A DNA stretch of 64,000 nucleotides from Escherichia coli (GCF_017348835.2 NZ_CP071375.1); one strand, 5' to 3'. Positions 1 to 12,857 are shown, numbered from the stretch's first letter. Notes: a model not told the origin generated them from the letters alone. Translations and numbers: made by a program.

Positions 1-930
1 TTGAGCGTTGAACAGGCGTTTGCCGGTTAAACGACGGTCGATAATGGTCGCCAGCCCCAGACCAATCGGCGGAATAACGATTGCGATAGAACGTGCGGTG
101 ACCGGTAATACGTGGTCAGTGGTAAAGCTGAAGGCAACGAAACCTGCGGCTTTGTTGATCGGGCCACCAAGGTCGATTGCTGTCGCCGCGGCGATCCCCA
201 TCGCATACATTAGCGCGCCCTTCTCACCTGCGGCAGTCAGCACGGTACGGATACCACCGTTGATCCAGCCGCCAAAGGGGGTGATCACGTAGTACATCGC
301 CAGCATGACAAAAATGGCGGAAAGAATCGGGAGCAAAAATGTGGTTTTGAACGCTAACAGGAAATCCGGTAACTGGATTTTCTGGTTCATCCATTTCACA
401 AGGTAACCGGCAACGATAGAAATAATCAGCGCACCAATGAAGGTGGACGGCACCGGCGAAGAGGTCGCCCATTGCATAGTGCTGGGATCGAAGTTCAGCA
501 GTTGCGTCGGCTGGGTAGACATCAAGCCGCCGATAAAACCAGCCGGAAACGCCAGTTTGCCACCGATAGAGTTCGCCACAAAAGCAGCAAACATCGGAAT
601 GGCAAAACCAAACAACACGCCGCCGAAGGACTGCGACAACCAGGCAAATTTCAGTAAGGAGAGGTCGAAACCGGAGAATTTCCCGCTATTAAGAGCATCC
701 ATGATGCCGATATCAGCAGGAATTTTAAGCCAGCTATAAGCAATCAGCTGGCTGAAAGCGAGGATCACACCGCCCATAATTAAGGTCGGCACCATGCGTG
801 AAATCCCTGACATCACATGCTGCGGGAGTTCACCCCAGAAGCTGCTTTTAGAGGCCTGCGGATTCTTAACTGCCGCTGCCGCACCGGATGCGCCAGGCAC
901 AACGGTTGCACTGCGTTTTTTAATGGCCAT
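1..930 (-). CDS. fryC: PTS fructose-like EIIC component, N-terminal part (gene runs off window start)
   Basis: Reverse-strand reading from ATG (complement of 928-930) gives MAIKKRSATVVPGASGAAAAVKNPQASKSSFWGELPQHVMSGISRMVPTLIMGGVILAF..., a hydrophobic membrane protein; sits directly downstream of a PTS IIB gene; 3' end lies outside the window. Confidence 0.6.
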   Translation of the reverse strand, partial: MAIKKRSATVVPGASGAAAAVKNPQASKSSFWGELPQHVMSGISRMVPTLIMGGVILAFSQLIAYSWLKIPADIGIMDALNSGKFSGFDLSLLKFAWLSQSFGGVLFGFAIPMFAAFVANSIGGKLAFPAGFIGGLMSTQPTQLLNFDPSTMQWATSSPVPSTFIGALIISIVAGYLVKWMNQKIQLPDFLLAFKTTFLLPILSAIFVMLAMYYVITPFGGWINGGIRTVLTAAGEKGALMYAMGIAAATAIDLGGPINKAAGFVAFSFTTDHVLPVTARSIAIVIPPIGLGLATIIDRRLTGKRLFNAQ

Positions 931-951
931 AACAATTATCCCTGTCGAATA

Positions 952-1278
952 TTACTGTTGTTCAGAGGCAATCATCTCTTCGATTTCTTTGATGATGCCC
1001 GCAGCGTTTTTAATTGCGTCCTGCAAAGTGATTTCATAAACGTCGCGTGATTCGAAACGTTCGTTATCTTCCGGGGTAACTGCCACGGAGTGGATGATGA
1101 TGGTCGCTTCGGCGATATCCTGCGCCGTCAGGCGATTCTGGATACCGTCCGCGCCCTGGGTTTCAATTTTCACTTCATAACCGGCTTCTACCGCCGCTTC
1201 TTCCAGCGCCTGAGCGGCCATAAAAGTGTGAGCCAGGCCCATTGGGCAGGCACATAATGCAATCAGTTTCTTACTCAT
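952..1278 (-). CDS. fryB: PTS fructose-like EIIB component
   Basis: ORF 952..1329 trimmed to internal start MSKKLIALCACPMGLAHTFMAAQ... (conserved Cys of PTS IIB); GGAG-type RBS upstream. Confidence 0.8.
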   Translation of the reverse strand: MSKKLIALCACPMGLAHTFMAAQALEEAAVEAGYEVKIETQGADGIQNRLTAQDIAEATIIIHSVAVTPEDNERFESRDVYEITLQDAIKNAAGIIKEIEEMIASEQQ

Positions 1279-1496
1279 CGTTAATTCCTCGTTCAGTGAT
1301 AGTTGACGAGTGAAATTATGAACGTGCAAAACAAATCGCCGTTACCAGACAAATAATGCATTTACTGGAGAATTAATCCCGCTGTACGGAAGTGTGACGC
1401 AGGTCGGCCTTGTGAGGGGACACAAAGAAAAATTGAATTAACTGTATGATTTAAAAGATTATCGGGAGAGTTACCTCCCGATATAACAGGAAGGAT

Positions 1497-2462
1497 TTAC
1501 AGAATGTGACCTAAGGTCTGGCGTAAATGTGCACCGGAACCGAGAAGACCCGGATTGTCATGGACGATGAGATACACCGGAATATCATGGACATATTCTT
1601 TAAAGCGCCCTTTATCTTCAAATGCGGCACGGAAACCAGAGGCTTTGAAGAACTCAAGGAAGCGCGGCACGATACCGCCCGCAATAAACACGCCCCCAAA
1701 TGTCCCGAGATTGAGCGCCAGATTGCCGCCAAAACGGCCCATAATGACGCAAAACAGCGACAACGCACGGCGGCAATCGGTGCAGCTGTCAGCCAGCGCG
1801 CGTTCGGTAATATCTTTTGGCTTGAGATTTTCTGGCAGGCGGTTGTCAGCTTTCACAATTGCGCGATACAAATTCACCAGCCCAGGGCCAGAAAGCACGC
1901 GTTCCGCCGAAACATGGCCAATTTCCGCACGCAATATTTCGAGGATAATGGCCTCTTCTTCACTATTCGGCGCAAAATCAACGTGACCGCCTTCGCCCGG
2001 CAAGCTTACCCAACGCTTATCGACATGGACCAGATGCGCAACCCCAAGCCCCGTTCCGGCACCGTAAACCGCAATAGGTTTACCTTCTACCGGTTCTGCG
2101 CCACCAAACTGAATCAGATGCTCTTTTTTCAGCATCGGAATCGCCATCGATACAGCGGTAAAATCGTTAATAATTTCCAGATGGCTAAAACCGAGATTCT
2201 TTTTCATTTCGGCAATTGAGAACGCCCAGGTATGGTTGGTCATTGCCACCCAGTCTCCGGTAATCGGGCAAGCGATGGCAATACAGCCGTCTTTCACCTC
2301 GACCTTATGTTCTTCAAGATAAACGCGAATGACCGCTTCGAGGCTGGGGTAATCAAGCCCTGAATAGGTCTTAGCCTGAGAGATTTCACCACTGGCAATA
2401 TCACACAGAGCAAGACGTGCGTTGGTGCCGCCCACATCACCGACTAATGCATACTTTGTCAT
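1497..2462 (-). CDS. glk: glucokinase
   Basis: 321-aa [22 protein letters not shown]... ROK/glucokinase ATP-binding motif; matches Glk as I recall it. Confidence 0.95.
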   Translation of the reverse strand: MTKYALVGDVGGTNARLALCDIASGEISQAKTYSGLDYPSLEAVIRVYLEEHKVEVKDGCIAIACPITGDWVAMTNHTWAFSIAEMKKNLGFSHLEIINDFTAVSMAIPMLKKEHLIQFGGAEPVEGKPIAVYGAGTGLGVAHLVHVDKRWVSLPGEGGHVDFAPNSEEEAIILEILRAEIGHVSAERVLSGPGLVNLYRAIVKADNRLPENLKPKDITERALADSCTDCRRALSLFCVIMGRFGGNLALNLGTFGGVFIAGGIVPRFLEFFKASGFRAAFEDKGRFKEYVHDIPVYLIVHDNPGLLGSGAHLRQTLGHIL

Positions 2463-2665
2463 TCTTCAACTGCTCCGCTAAAGTCAAAATAATTCTTTCT
2501 CACACTGTAAATACCTGGGGGCATAACAACAACGCCGGAAAGGCAGGCTCCCTGTAAATATCGATCTGGGTCACACAATTACTTTATCGTTTCAGCACCA
2601 ATTGCAGCGATGCCTTTTTGCAAGCTGGGCAAACTAAGTATCTGACCCCGCATAAGGAATAGAAC

Positions 2666-3922
2666 ATGCTCCATCCGCGAGCCAGAACCATGTTGTTATT
2701 ATCGCTCCCCGCCGTGGCAATTGGGATTGCGTCCAGTCTTATTCTGATTGTGGTGATGAAAATCGCCTCGGCATTACAGAATTTGCTCTGGCAACGACTG
2801 CCGGGAACTCTGGGGATAGCCCAGGATTCACCTCTCTGGATCATCGGTGTATTAACGTTAACGGGTATTGCAGTGGGGTTGGTTATCCGTTTCAGCCAGG
2901 GTCATGCCGGACCAGACCCCGCCTGTGAACCGCTGATCGGCGCACCGGTTCCGCCCTCTGCGCTACCAGGACTTATCGTAGCATTAATTCTCGGTCTTGC
3001 TGGCGGCGTCAGCCTGGGGCCGGAACATCCGATCATGACCGTCAATATCGCCCTTGCGGTTGCCATTGGCGCTCGTCTGTTACCGCGCGTCAACCGAATG
3101 GAGTGGACTATTTTAGCCTCTGCCGGAACCATCGGCGCGCTGTTTGGTACACCTGTTGCGGCGGCGTTGATATTTTCGCAAACCTTAAATGGCAGTAGTG
3201 AAGTTCCGCTATGGGATCGTCTTTTTGCGCCGTTAATGGCGGCAGCAGCTGGTGCACTTACTACCGGATTATTTTTCCATCCCCATTTTTCACTGCCCAT
3301 TGCGCATTACGGACAGATGGAAATGACCGATATTCTCAGCGGTGCAATTGTCGCGGCGATTGCCATCGCAGCAGGGATGGTCGCCGTATGGTGCTTACCA
3401 CGGTTGCACGCGATGATGCATCAAATGAAAAATCCGGTGCTCGTGCTGGGTATTGGCGGATTTATTCTCGGTATTCTGGGGGTTATTGGTGGACCAGTTT
3501 CGCTGTTTAAAGGACTGGATGAGATGCAGCAGATGGTGGCAAATCAGGCTTTCAGCACCAGCGATTACTTTTTACTGGCGGTGATTAAACTTACCGCCCT
3601 GGTCGTTGCTGCCGCCAGTGGCTTTCGCGGTGGACGAATTTTCCCGGCAGTGTTCGTCGGCGTGGCATTAGGGTTGATGCTGCATGAGCACGTCCCCGCC
3701 GTTCCAGCGGCAATAACCGTTTCCTGCGCTATTCTCGGCATCGTGCTGGTGGTAACACGCGATGGCTGGTTAAGTCTTTTTATGGCGGCAGTCGTTGTAC
3801 CCAATACCACATTGCTACCGCTGCTCTGTATCGTCATGCTTCCGGCATGGCTGTTATTAGCAGGTAAGCCGATGATGATGGTCAATCGTCCGAAGCAACA
3901 GCCACCCCACGATAACGTTTAA
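2666..3922 (+). CDS. yfeO: ClC-family putative ion-transport membrane protein
   Basis: 418-aa polytopic hydrophobic ORF; conserved position between glk and ypeC. Confidence 0.8.
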   Translation: MLHPRARTMLLLSLPAVAIGIASSLILIVVMKIASALQNLLWQRLPGTLGIAQDSPLWIIGVLTLTGIAVGLVIRFSQGHAGPDPACEPLIGAPVPPSALPGLIVALILGLAGGVSLGPEHPIMTVNIALAVAIGARLLPRVNRMEWTILASAGTIGALFGTPVAAALIFSQTLNGSSEVPLWDRLFAPLMAAAAGALTTGLFFHPHFSLPIAHYGQMEMTDILSGAIVAAIAIAAGMVAVWCLPRLHAMMHQMKNPVLVLGIGGFILGILGVIGGPVSLFKGLDEMQQMVANQAFSTSDYFLLAVIKLTALVVAAASGFRGGRIFPAVFVGVALGLMLHEHVPAVPAAITVSCAILGIVLVVTRDGWLSLFMAAVVVPNTTLLPLLCIVMLPAWLLLAGKPMMMVNRPKQQPPHDNV

Positions 3923-4036
3923 CAAAAAATGCTCTCCTTTATGATTTAAGAGTTATGGCGATGATACGGGGCTTTACCTCCCCGTAATATTGCGTTAACA
4001 GGCCGCTGACGGCTTCGATCGTGAAGGAGAATAACA

Positions 4037-4363
4037 ATGTTCAGGTCACTGTTTCTGGCGGCCGCCCTGATGGCATTTACCCCGCTTGCAGCAAACGCAG
4101 GTGAAATCACCCTACTGCCATCAATCAAATTACAAATTGGCGATCGCGATCATTACGGTAATTACTGGGACGGTGGTCACTGGCGAGATCGTGATTACTG
4201 GCATCGCAATTATGAGTGGCGCAAAAACCGCTGGTGGCGTCATGATAATGGCTATCATCGTGGCTGGGATAAGCGTAAAGCGTATGAGCGTGGCTATCGT
4301 GAAGGCTGGCGCGATCGTGACGATCATCGCGGAAAAGGCCGCGGACATGGGCACCGCCATTAA
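4037..4363 (+). CDS. ypeC: secreted W/R/H/D-rich small protein (DUF2502-like)
   Basis: 108-aa ORF with signal peptide [21 protein letters not shown], then repetitive RDxDYWHRN-type motifs; RBS GGAG upstream. Confidence 0.75.
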
Positions 4364-4385
4364 ACACATTTGCCAATGGAGCACA

Positions 4386-4495
<110 letters not shown>

Positions 4496-4503
4496 TCATT
4501 CAA

Positions 4504-5751
<1,248 letters not shown>

Positions 5752-5753
5752 CT

Positions 5754-5775
5754 AAAACATAGCCTTTGCTATGTT
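5754..5775 (-). promoter_or_regulatory. MntR operator (inverted repeat) in mntH promoter
   Basis: AAACATAGC-cttt-GCTATGTTT perfect 9-bp inverted repeat just upstream of the mntH start. Confidence 0.7.
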
Positions 5776-5800
5776 TCATGCTATGCCAAACGAGAATGAT

Positions 5801-5823
5801 TATCAAATTCATTTAAATGGGTT
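5801..5823 (-). promoter_or_regulatory. Fur box-like site in mntH promoter
   Basis: gagaatgattatcaaattcattt resembles the GATAATGATAATCATTATC Fur consensus; location fits the known dual Fur/MntR control of mntH. Confidence 0.55.
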
Positions 5824-6077
5824 GTGGTGATTTCTCTGATAGACCAGGATTATGACTACGAAAAGATTGATGACTTGAATGTTATGGTTATGTTTAATGT
5901 TAGCACATTTACATAACTTTCAGCTTCCATACACAACATAGCAGAAATGTATGACAGCTCACTATTTTTGAAGCTTGTCACAGGACGTCATTATAGTGTG
6001 TGTCAGATCTCGTTTTCCTTAACCATGTTACATAGAATGTGCACGGAAATTTAACCTGCCTCATATTTGGAGCAAAT

Positions 6078-7280
6078 ATGGACCGCGTCCTTCATTTTGT
6101 ACTGGCACTTGCCGTTGTTGCGATTCTCGCACTGCTGGTAAGCAGCGACCGCAAAAAAATTCGTATCCGTTATGTTATTCAACTGCTTGTTATCGAAGTG
6201 TTACTGGCGTGGTTCTTCCTGAACTCCGACGTTGGTTTAGGCTTCGTGAAAGGCTTCTCCGAAATGTTCGAAAAACTGCTCGGATTTGCCAACGAAGGGA
6301 CTAACTTCGTCTTTGGTAGCATGAATGATCAAGGCCTGGCATTCTTCTTCCTGAAAGTGCTGTGCCCAATCGTCTTTATCTCTGCACTGATCGGTATTCT
6401 CCAGCACATTCGCGTGTTGCCGGTGATTATCCGCGCAATTGGTTTCCTGCTCTCCAAAGTCAACGGCATGGGCAAACTGGAATCCTTTAACGCCGTCAGC
6501 TCTCTGATTCTGGGTCAGTCTGAAAACTTTATTGCCTATAAAGATATCCTCGGCAAAATCTCCCGCAATCGTATGTACACCATGGCAGCAACGGCGATGT
6601 CCACCGTATCTATGTCCATCGTTGGTGCATACATGACCATGCTGGAGCCGAAATATGTCGTTGCGGCGCTGGTACTGAACATGTTCAGCACCTTTATCGT
6701 GCTGTCGCTGATCAACCCTTACCGTGTTGATGCCAGTGAAGAAAACATTCAGATGTCCAACCTGCACGAAGGTCAGAGCTTCTTCGAAATGCTGGGTGAA
6801 TACATTCTGGCAGGTTTCAAAGTTGCCATTATCGTTGCCGCGATGCTGATCGGCTTTATCGCCCTGATCGCCGCGTTGAACGCACTGTTTGCCACCGTGA
6901 CTGGCTGGTTTGGCTACAGCATCTCCTTCCAGGGCATCCTGGGCTACATCTTCTATCCGATTGCATGGGTGATGGGTGTTCCGTCCAGCGAAGCACTGCA
7001 AGTGGGCAGTATCATGGCGACCAAACTGGTTTCCAACGAGTTCGTTGCGATGATGGATCTGCAGAAAATTGCTTCCACGCTCTCTCCGCGTGCTGAAGGC
7101 ATCATCTCTGTGTTCCTGGTTTCCTTCGCTAACTTCTCTTCAATCGGGATTATCGCAGGTGCAGTTAAGGGTCTGAATGAAGAGCAAGGTAACGTGGTTT
7201 CTCGCTTCGGTCTGAAACTGGTTTACGGCTCTACCCTGGTGAGTGTGCTGTCTGCGTCAATCGCAGCACTGGTGCTGTAA
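6078..7280 (+). CDS. nupC: nucleoside:H+ symporter (CNT family)
   Basis: ORF 6039..7280 trimmed to ATG at 6078 ([20 protein letters not shown]...) with GGAG RBS at 6069-6072. Confidence 0.9.
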
Positions 7281-7290
7281 GACCATACAT

Positions 7291-7322
7291 AAAAAAGCCG
7301 GGGATAATTCCCCGGTTTTTTT
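7291..7322. terminator. bidirectional rho-independent terminator (nupC / pdeA)
   Basis: aaaaaaGCCGGGGataattCCCCGGttttttt: GC stem flanked by an A-run and a T-run. Confidence 0.8.
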
Positions 7323-7329
7323 ACGCCTG

Positions 7330-9519
7330 TTAATCAGCTAATGGCTGCGGGCGACCAATCAAATACCCTTGCAGATATTGCACCCCGAGCTTATGCAATA
7401 ACGCCTGCTGCTGTTGCGTCTCGACAAACTCCGCAACCACACTCAATGACTTCGCTTTCGCCAGATCGGTAATTGATCTCACAATCATCGCATCCAGCGT
7501 ATTCGTGACGATATCTTTCACAAAGACACCATCAATTTTGATGATATCAGCCTGCAAACGCTTTAACCGTTCGTAGTTGGCATAGCCGGTGCCAAAGTCA
7601 TCAATCGCAATCCGGAAGCCAAACTTATGCAGTTGCTCGATGTTGTACATGCTGCTTTCTGCGTTAGAAAACGCCTGCTCCTCGGTGATCTCAAGAATGA
7701 CCGCCTGCGGGGAGATGTGATAACGCTTAAACAGACGAATAATCCGCCCGGCAATATTCTTTTGTAGCAGCGTGAGCGGCATTAAATTAACTGAAAAGCG
7801 CGGGCCTTTTTTGTCGCAAGGGTGTGTTGCCAGCCACTTCAACAAGGATTCCAGCACTTGCAAATCAAAACGCGCGCTAAGGTTAAACTGAGCAATAAGG
7901 GGCAGAAACTTATCCCGGGTCATAATGCCGCCGTCATACTTCAGTCGCGCGAGGATCTCATCATAACCTTCACCCTCTTTGTTGCGAATTGGCTGGGCGT
8001 AGAGCAGCAAATCACCCTGATCTAACGCCGTGCGAATGGTATTCAGCAATAGCACTTGTTTAGTGGTCTGCCCGGAAACCATCTCCTCTCTGCTATCCAG
8101 CGCCAGCACATGATGATGTGCGCAGGATTGCTCCGCCAGCCAGCTTAACTGCCCCAACAAGGGTTGCAGGGTTTCCTGATTTCCATCAAAACGCCCCCAG
8201 GCAGCACCATAGCCCATATCCAGCCCGGTATTGTTCCAGTGAATTTGCCGACTATTCAGGATGTTAACCATATGCTGGAGTCGCCCTTCCGTTTCCGGCC
8301 CGCTCAGCACTAACAGCAGTTCACTACCCGGCAATTGATACAACTTTTCGTTTTCCTGCATCAACGGCAGCAGCGTACGGTAAATTGATCGGATACAGTG
8401 AACGCGCATCATTAACCCGTAATGACGACTCATAAACTCAAGATTATCAATGCGCAGGCAGCAAAAACTCTTGCCCGCCTCTTGCTCCGGCGCTTGTTCC
8501 AACGCACGAAAATTGGGTAGGAGCGTTAACGGATCGGTCAGCGCCTGCAAATGCCAGCGTCGATTAAGCCATTCACTGCGATGATAAATGCGCACCATAT
8601 AGAGCAGGCAAACGCTAAAGGAAATCAGCACCGCAAGAATAAATGCCAGCGAATATTCGGTTTCCACCCCTTGCAAAAAGTTCTGGTTGTAATTCAGCAG
8701 GCAAAGCGTTGAAACAGCCCAGGTGAGATTTAAAAACGGATAGCGAAGCTTACCGACCCCGAGGGTAAAGATGATGAAGAAAACGGGTACCAGGTAACCG
8801 GCAATAAAGTCGTTTTCATAAGGTGTGCACAACAGAAGTAGCAGCACGCTTAACGCTGCCAGCCAGCTTAAGGTAAATGCGCGTTTCTCTTTGCCCAACG
8901 ACGGAGCGATATCCCTGCGCCACAATATCTGCGCAAAGTGGGGACTTACAATCATGCGAGTGAGATAGTAGAAAAGCATGTTGTAAATCAGCACAGCGGT
9001 GAAAAGGCTTAGTAAATCAACAACCGTGAAAATGGCATCCGCATCGCCGAAAAAGGTGGATATCTTTAGCGGGAAATCAAAGAAGCTCCCCACAAAATAC
9101 ATGCTGCATTTGATGCCGATCGGCGTCACCAAACCAAGCCAGAACAGACGTTGCCAGACATATCGGCTGGTCAATCCATAACGCCAACGCGTCCCCAGCT
9201 GCCAGCGTAATATTGCGCAGGCACACAACACGACAAACGTCTGGCTGCCGAGCATGACCGCAGTCTGTAAAAAAGAGAGATGAAAGTTCCACAGATTGGT
9301 GCAAAACATCCCGCATAAAACGGGAACGACACCGCGCCAGCCAAAGATAAACAAGATTGACAGCATTACGCACAGTGGCATCCACGCCAGAAAGATATAA
9401 CTGGAATGGATAATGGCAAGTGGCGAAATAAAACGGGATAGCTGAATAAGTACCACGGTGAGCGTAAACGCTAGTGTGAATATCTTGATATTTTTTATCA
9501 GGTTATGCTCCACAAACAT
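7330..9519 (-). CDS. pdeA: membrane-anchored GGDEF(degenerate)-EAL c-di-GMP phosphodiesterase
   Basis: ORF 7330..9579 trimmed to MFVEHNLIKNIKIF... start (ATG complement 9517-9519); N-terminal TM segments, C-terminal EAL domain (EITEEQ...IAIDDFGTGY... motifs). Also known as yfeA. Confidence 0.85.
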   Translation of the reverse strand: MFVEHNLIKNIKIFTLAFTLTVVLIQLSRFISPLAIIHSSYIFLAWMPLCVMLSILFIFGWRGVVPVLCGMFCTNLWNFHLSFLQTAVMLGSQTFVVLCACAILRWQLGTRWRYGLTSRYVWQRLFWLGLVTPIGIKCSMYFVGSFFDFPLKISTFFGDADAIFTVVDLLSLFTAVLIYNMLFYYLTRMIVSPHFAQILWRRDIAPSLGKEKRAFTLSWLAALSVLLLLLCTPYENDFIAGYLVPVFFIIFTLGVGKLRYPFLNLTWAVSTLCLLNYNQNFLQGVETEYSLAFILAVLISFSVCLLYMVRIYHRSEWLNRRWHLQALTDPLTLLPNFRALEQAPEQEAGKSFCCLRIDNLEFMSRHYGLMMRVHCIRSIYRTLLPLMQENEKLYQLPGSELLLVLSGPETEGRLQHMVNILNSRQIHWNNTGLDMGYGAAWGRFDGNQETLQPLLGQLSWLAEQSCAHHHVLALDSREEMVSGQTTKQVLLLNTIRTALDQGDLLLYAQPIRNKEGEGYDEILARLKYDGGIMTRDKFLPLIAQFNLSARFDLQVLESLLKWLATHPCDKKGPRFSVNLMPLTLLQKNIAGRIIRLFKRYHISPQAVILEITEEQAFSNAESSMYNIEQLHKFGFRIAIDDFGTGYANYERLKRLQADIIKIDGVFVKDIVTNTLDAMIVRSITDLAKAKSLSVVAEFVETQQQQALLHKLGVQYLQGYLIGRPQPLAD

Positions 9520-9726
9520 GAGTACACTACTCTCACTGATCGGGGTTTTCAGGCACACAAATAATAAGTTTATTCGCATCGCGAAGCAAACAGGGGCCAG
9601 CCTGTTGCCGATTTTTCATCCAATGATGCTTTCACCAGGCGGCACTAACCCGGACGTAGACTGTATTACAAAAGCGGCAAAAAGCAGAGACAAAAAACCC
9701 CCGCTTTGCAGCGAGGGTTGGAAATT

Positions 9727-9802
<76 letters not shown>

Positions 9803-9841
9803 ACGATGCGTTTACGTACCAAATTTGCTGGGTGCAAAATT

Positions 9842-9917
<76 letters not shown>

Positions 9918-9948
9918 GTCACGTAAAGCTTGTCGAGTTGACGGGCGG

Positions 9949-9977
9949 CATCATATGAATTCCGCCCGAATGTGTCA
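9949..9977 (-). promoter_or_regulatory. sigma70 promoter of the tRNA-Ala tandem
   Basis: On the minus strand: TTGACA (complement of 9972-9977), 17-bp spacer, TATGAT (complement of 9949-9954), ~30 nt upstream of the mature tRNA 5' end. Confidence 0.6.
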
Positions 9978-10137
9978 ACGGCAAATTGCAACGTGTAGTT
10001 TCAATCGCTGAAAAATCAGGCAAATGAACAATTTTGGAAAACCGCTCGCATTCAGTAGTTATTCATGTCACGGTTTCCTGTAAAGTGGTGCTATAAAATG
10101 AACTACTAATAGACCCACATACATTCAGGGAATTGTT

Positions 10138-10497
10138 ATGTTCAAGGAGAGGATGACACCAGATGAACTTGCCAGACTGACCGGCTATAGCCGCCAGACC
10201 ATTAATAAATGGGTACGCAAGGAAGGCTGGACGACGTCACCAAAACCAGGCGTCCAGGGTGGCAAAGCCCGACTGGTTCACGTCAATGAACAGGTTCGTG
10301 AATATATTCGTAATGCTGAACGTCCAGAAGGTCAGGGAGAAGCGCCTGCCCTTTCTGGTGATGCGCCGCTTGAAGTATTGCTGGTGACACTGGCGAAAGA
10401 GATGACGCCAGTTGAACAAAAACAGTTTACATCCTTGCTTCTGCGGGAAGGGATTATCGGATTGTTACAACGCTTAGGGATTCGCGATAGCAAATAA
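10138..10497 (+). CDS. yfeC: small putative DNA-binding protein (DUF1323 family)
   Basis: 119-aa ORF; an alternative in-frame ATG at 10153 (MTPDELARLTGYSRQTINKWVRKEGW...) may be the true start; HTH-like N-terminus. Confidence 0.75.
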   Translation: MFKERMTPDELARLTGYSRQTINKWVRKEGWTTSPKPGVQGGKARLVHVNEQVREYIRNAERPEGQGEAPALSGDAPLEVLLVTLAKEMTPVEQKQFTSLLLREGIIGLLQRLGIRDSK

Positions 10498-10498
10498 T

Positions 10499-10891
10499 AT
10501 GAAAAGATTACGCAACAAAATGACCACCGAAGAACTGGCTGAATGCCTCGGTGTGGCTAAACAAACTGTTAACCGTTGGATCAGAGAAAAAGGCTGGAAA
10601 ACGGAAAAATTTCCCGGCGTGAAAGGCGGTCGTGCCAGACTTATTCTGGTCGATACGCAAGTTTGCGAGTTTATTCAGAACACGCCAGCCTTCCATAACA
10701 CACCGATGCTTCTGGAAGCCGAAGAACCCCTTGCCGAATACGCACCGGGGATTCGCACTCCTGCTTATCGACAAATCATAAGCGCAATAGACAACATGAC
10801 TCACAGTGAGCAGGAAAAAGTTGCGCAATTTTTGTCACGCGAAGGAATTCGTAATTTCCTGGCTCGTCTCGACATAAATGAATCAGCATAA
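10499..10891 (+). CDS. yfeD: small putative DNA-binding protein, paralog of the upstream gene
   Basis: 130-aa ORF with N-terminus (TTEELAECLGVAKQTVNRWIREKGWKTEKFPGVKGGRARL) clearly paralogous to the preceding ORF. Confidence 0.8.
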   Translation: MKRLRNKMTTEELAECLGVAKQTVNRWIREKGWKTEKFPGVKGGRARLILVDTQVCEFIQNTPAFHNTPMLLEAEEPLAEYAPGIRTPAYRQIISAIDNMTHSEQEKVAQFLSREGIRNFLARLDINESA

Positions 10892-10892
10892 A

Positions 10893-10934
10893 TAAAAAAC
10901 GGCAGGGGTTTCTCTCCTGCCGTTTGTCTTTTAT
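10893..10934. terminator. bidirectional rho-independent terminator (yfeD / gltX)
   Basis: aaaaaaCGGCAGGggtttctctCCTGCCGtttgtctttt hairpin between convergent genes. Confidence 0.75.
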
Positions 10935-10941
10935 GCGCTAA

Positions 10942-12357
10942 TTACTGCTGATTTTCGCGTTCAGCAATAAAAGCCAGCGCTTTGTTGATACGCTCAATGC
11001 TACGTGTCTTACCGATCGCGTGAACGGTAACATCCAGTGCTGGAGACTGCCCCGCACCGGTTACGGCGACACGCAGCGGCATACCAACTTTACCCATACC
11101 CACTTCCAGCTCATCCGCCGTCGCCTGAATAGCGTGATGAACGTTTTCAGCGGTCCAGTCAGTAATCGCGGCCAGTTTGTCACGAACCACTTCCAGCGGC
11201 TGACGCGCTACCGGACGCAGATGTTTTTTCGCGGCGTCGGCATCGAACTCTGCAAAATCTTCGTAGAAATAACGGCAGCTCTGTGCCATCTCTTTCAGCG
11301 TCTTGCAGCGTTCGCCCAGCAGTTTCACCAGATCAGCCAGCTGCGGGCCGTTACGGGTATCGATATTTTCCTGCTCAATGTGCCACTGTAAGTGAGTAGC
11401 AACATACTCCGGCGGCAGCGCGTTAATGTAGTGATGGTTCAGCCACAGCAGCTTGTCGGTGTTGAACGCACTGGCAGATTTGCTGACGGCATTCAGGGTG
11501 AAGTATTTGATCATCTCTTCACGAGTGAAGATTTCCTGATCGCCGTGGGACCAGCCCAGACGCACCAGATAGTTCAGCAGTGCTTCTGGCAAATAACCGT
11601 CGTCACGATACTGCATTACGCTGACCGCCCCGTGACGTTTGGACAGTTTTTTACCGTCATCGCCGTTGATCATAGAAACGTGCGCGTAAACCGGCACCGG
11701 CGCTTTCAGGGCCTTAAGAATGTTGATCTGGCGTGGCGTGTTGTTGATATGGTCTTCGCCACGGATAACGTGGGTGATTTCCATATCCCAGTCATCGACA
11801 ACCACACAGAAGTTATAGGTTGGGGAACCATCGGTACGGCGGATAATAAGATCGTCCAGTTCCTGGTTGCTGAACTCGATCGGACCACGGATCTGATCGT
11901 CAAAAACAACAGAACCTTCCTGCGGGTTAGCAAAACGTACGACACACGGCTCATCATCAGCGTGATGCTCATGACTGTGGCGGCAGCGACCGTCATAACG
12001 CGGCTTCTCACCTTTCGCCATTTGCTCTTCGCGCAGCGCTTCCAGGCGCTCTTTAGAGCAATAGCATTTATAAGCTGTGCCCTCTTCCAGCATCTGATCG
12101 ATCACCGCGTTGTAGCGATCAAAACGTTTGGTCTGGAAGTACGGACCTTCATCCCACTCCAGGCTCAGCCAGTTCATGCCATCCATAATGGCTTCGATAG
12201 CTTCCGGCGTGGAACGCTCAAGATCGGTGTCTTCAATACGCAGCACGAACTCACCGCCGTGATTACGTGCAAAAAGCCAGGAGTAAAGAGCAGTACGCGC
12301 GCCGCCAACGTGCAGATAGCCTGTTGGGCTTGGCGCGAAGCGAGTTTTGATTTTCAT
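10942..12357 (-). CDS. gltX: glutamyl-tRNA synthetase
   Basis: 471-aa [30 protein letters not shown]... (HIGH-type class I motif), KLSKR motif present. Confidence 0.95.
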
Positions 12358-12570
12358 GAAATGGCCTTACGTTTAGAAAGATGCCGACAACCGGCAAATC
12401 CTGGAAAAATTGAGTGGGCGATATTCTATCACTCCCGCCTGATTCCTCAATGTAGTTCGGGTTGCAACCTTACGCATTATTGTTTTCGTTGACAAATTGC
12501 GCAACACGGTCTGTTTTGCGATCATCTTGCTTAAATTTACGACGAACGAACAATTTCTTTAGAAAATGCG

Positions 12571-12598
12571 TTGACTCATTTTGAACTCTCCCTATAAT
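12571..12598 (+). promoter_or_regulatory. sigma70 promoter of the valU-valX-valY-lysV tRNA operon
   Basis: TTGACT (12571-12576), 16-bp spacer, TATAAT (12593-12598), GC-rich discriminator, tRNA 5' end at 12616; AT-rich UP-like region upstream. Confidence 0.7.
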
Positions 12599-12615
12599 GC
12601 GACTCCACACAGCGG

Positions 12616-12691
12616 GGGTGATTAGCTCAGCTGGGAGAGCACCTCCCTTACAAGGAGGGGGTCGGCGGTTCGATCCCGTCATCACCCACCA
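12616..12691 (+). tRNA. valU: tRNA-Val (UAC)
   Basis: GGGTGATTAGCTCAGCTGGGAGAGCACCTCCCTTACAAGGAGGGGGTCGGCGGTTCGATCCCGTCATCACCCACCA. Confidence 0.95.
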
Positions 12692-12735
12692 ACTACTTTA
12701 TGTAGTCTCCGCCGTGTAGCAAGAAATTGAGAAGT

Positions 12736-12811
12736 GGGTGATTAGCTCAGCTGGGAGAGCACCTCCCTTACAAGGAGGGGGTCGGCGGTTCGATCCCGTC
12801 ATCACCCACCA
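12736..12811 (+). tRNA. valX: tRNA-Val (UAC)
   Basis: Identical 76-nt copy. Confidence 0.95.
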
Positions 12812-12857
12812 CTTTCTCACCAGCTAAATTTCTTGTAAAAATGTGAAGTACCGAAGT

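Noticed and set aside
8-739. Plus-strand ORFs 8..292 and 437..739 (and nested 472..657)
   Set aside because: They lie antisense within the fryC coding region; the minus-strand frame gives a coherent membrane-protein N-terminus with a proper start, whereas these are compositionally odd shadow ORFs.
6237-7001. 254-aa minus-strand ORF inside nupC
   Set aside because: Antisense shadow ORF of a well-supported transporter gene; H/R/D-rich unnatural composition, no RBS.
11392-12492. 366-aa plus-strand ORF overlapping gltX
   Set aside because: Antisense to glutamyl-tRNA synthetase; long open frames opposite highly expressed genes are a common artefact.
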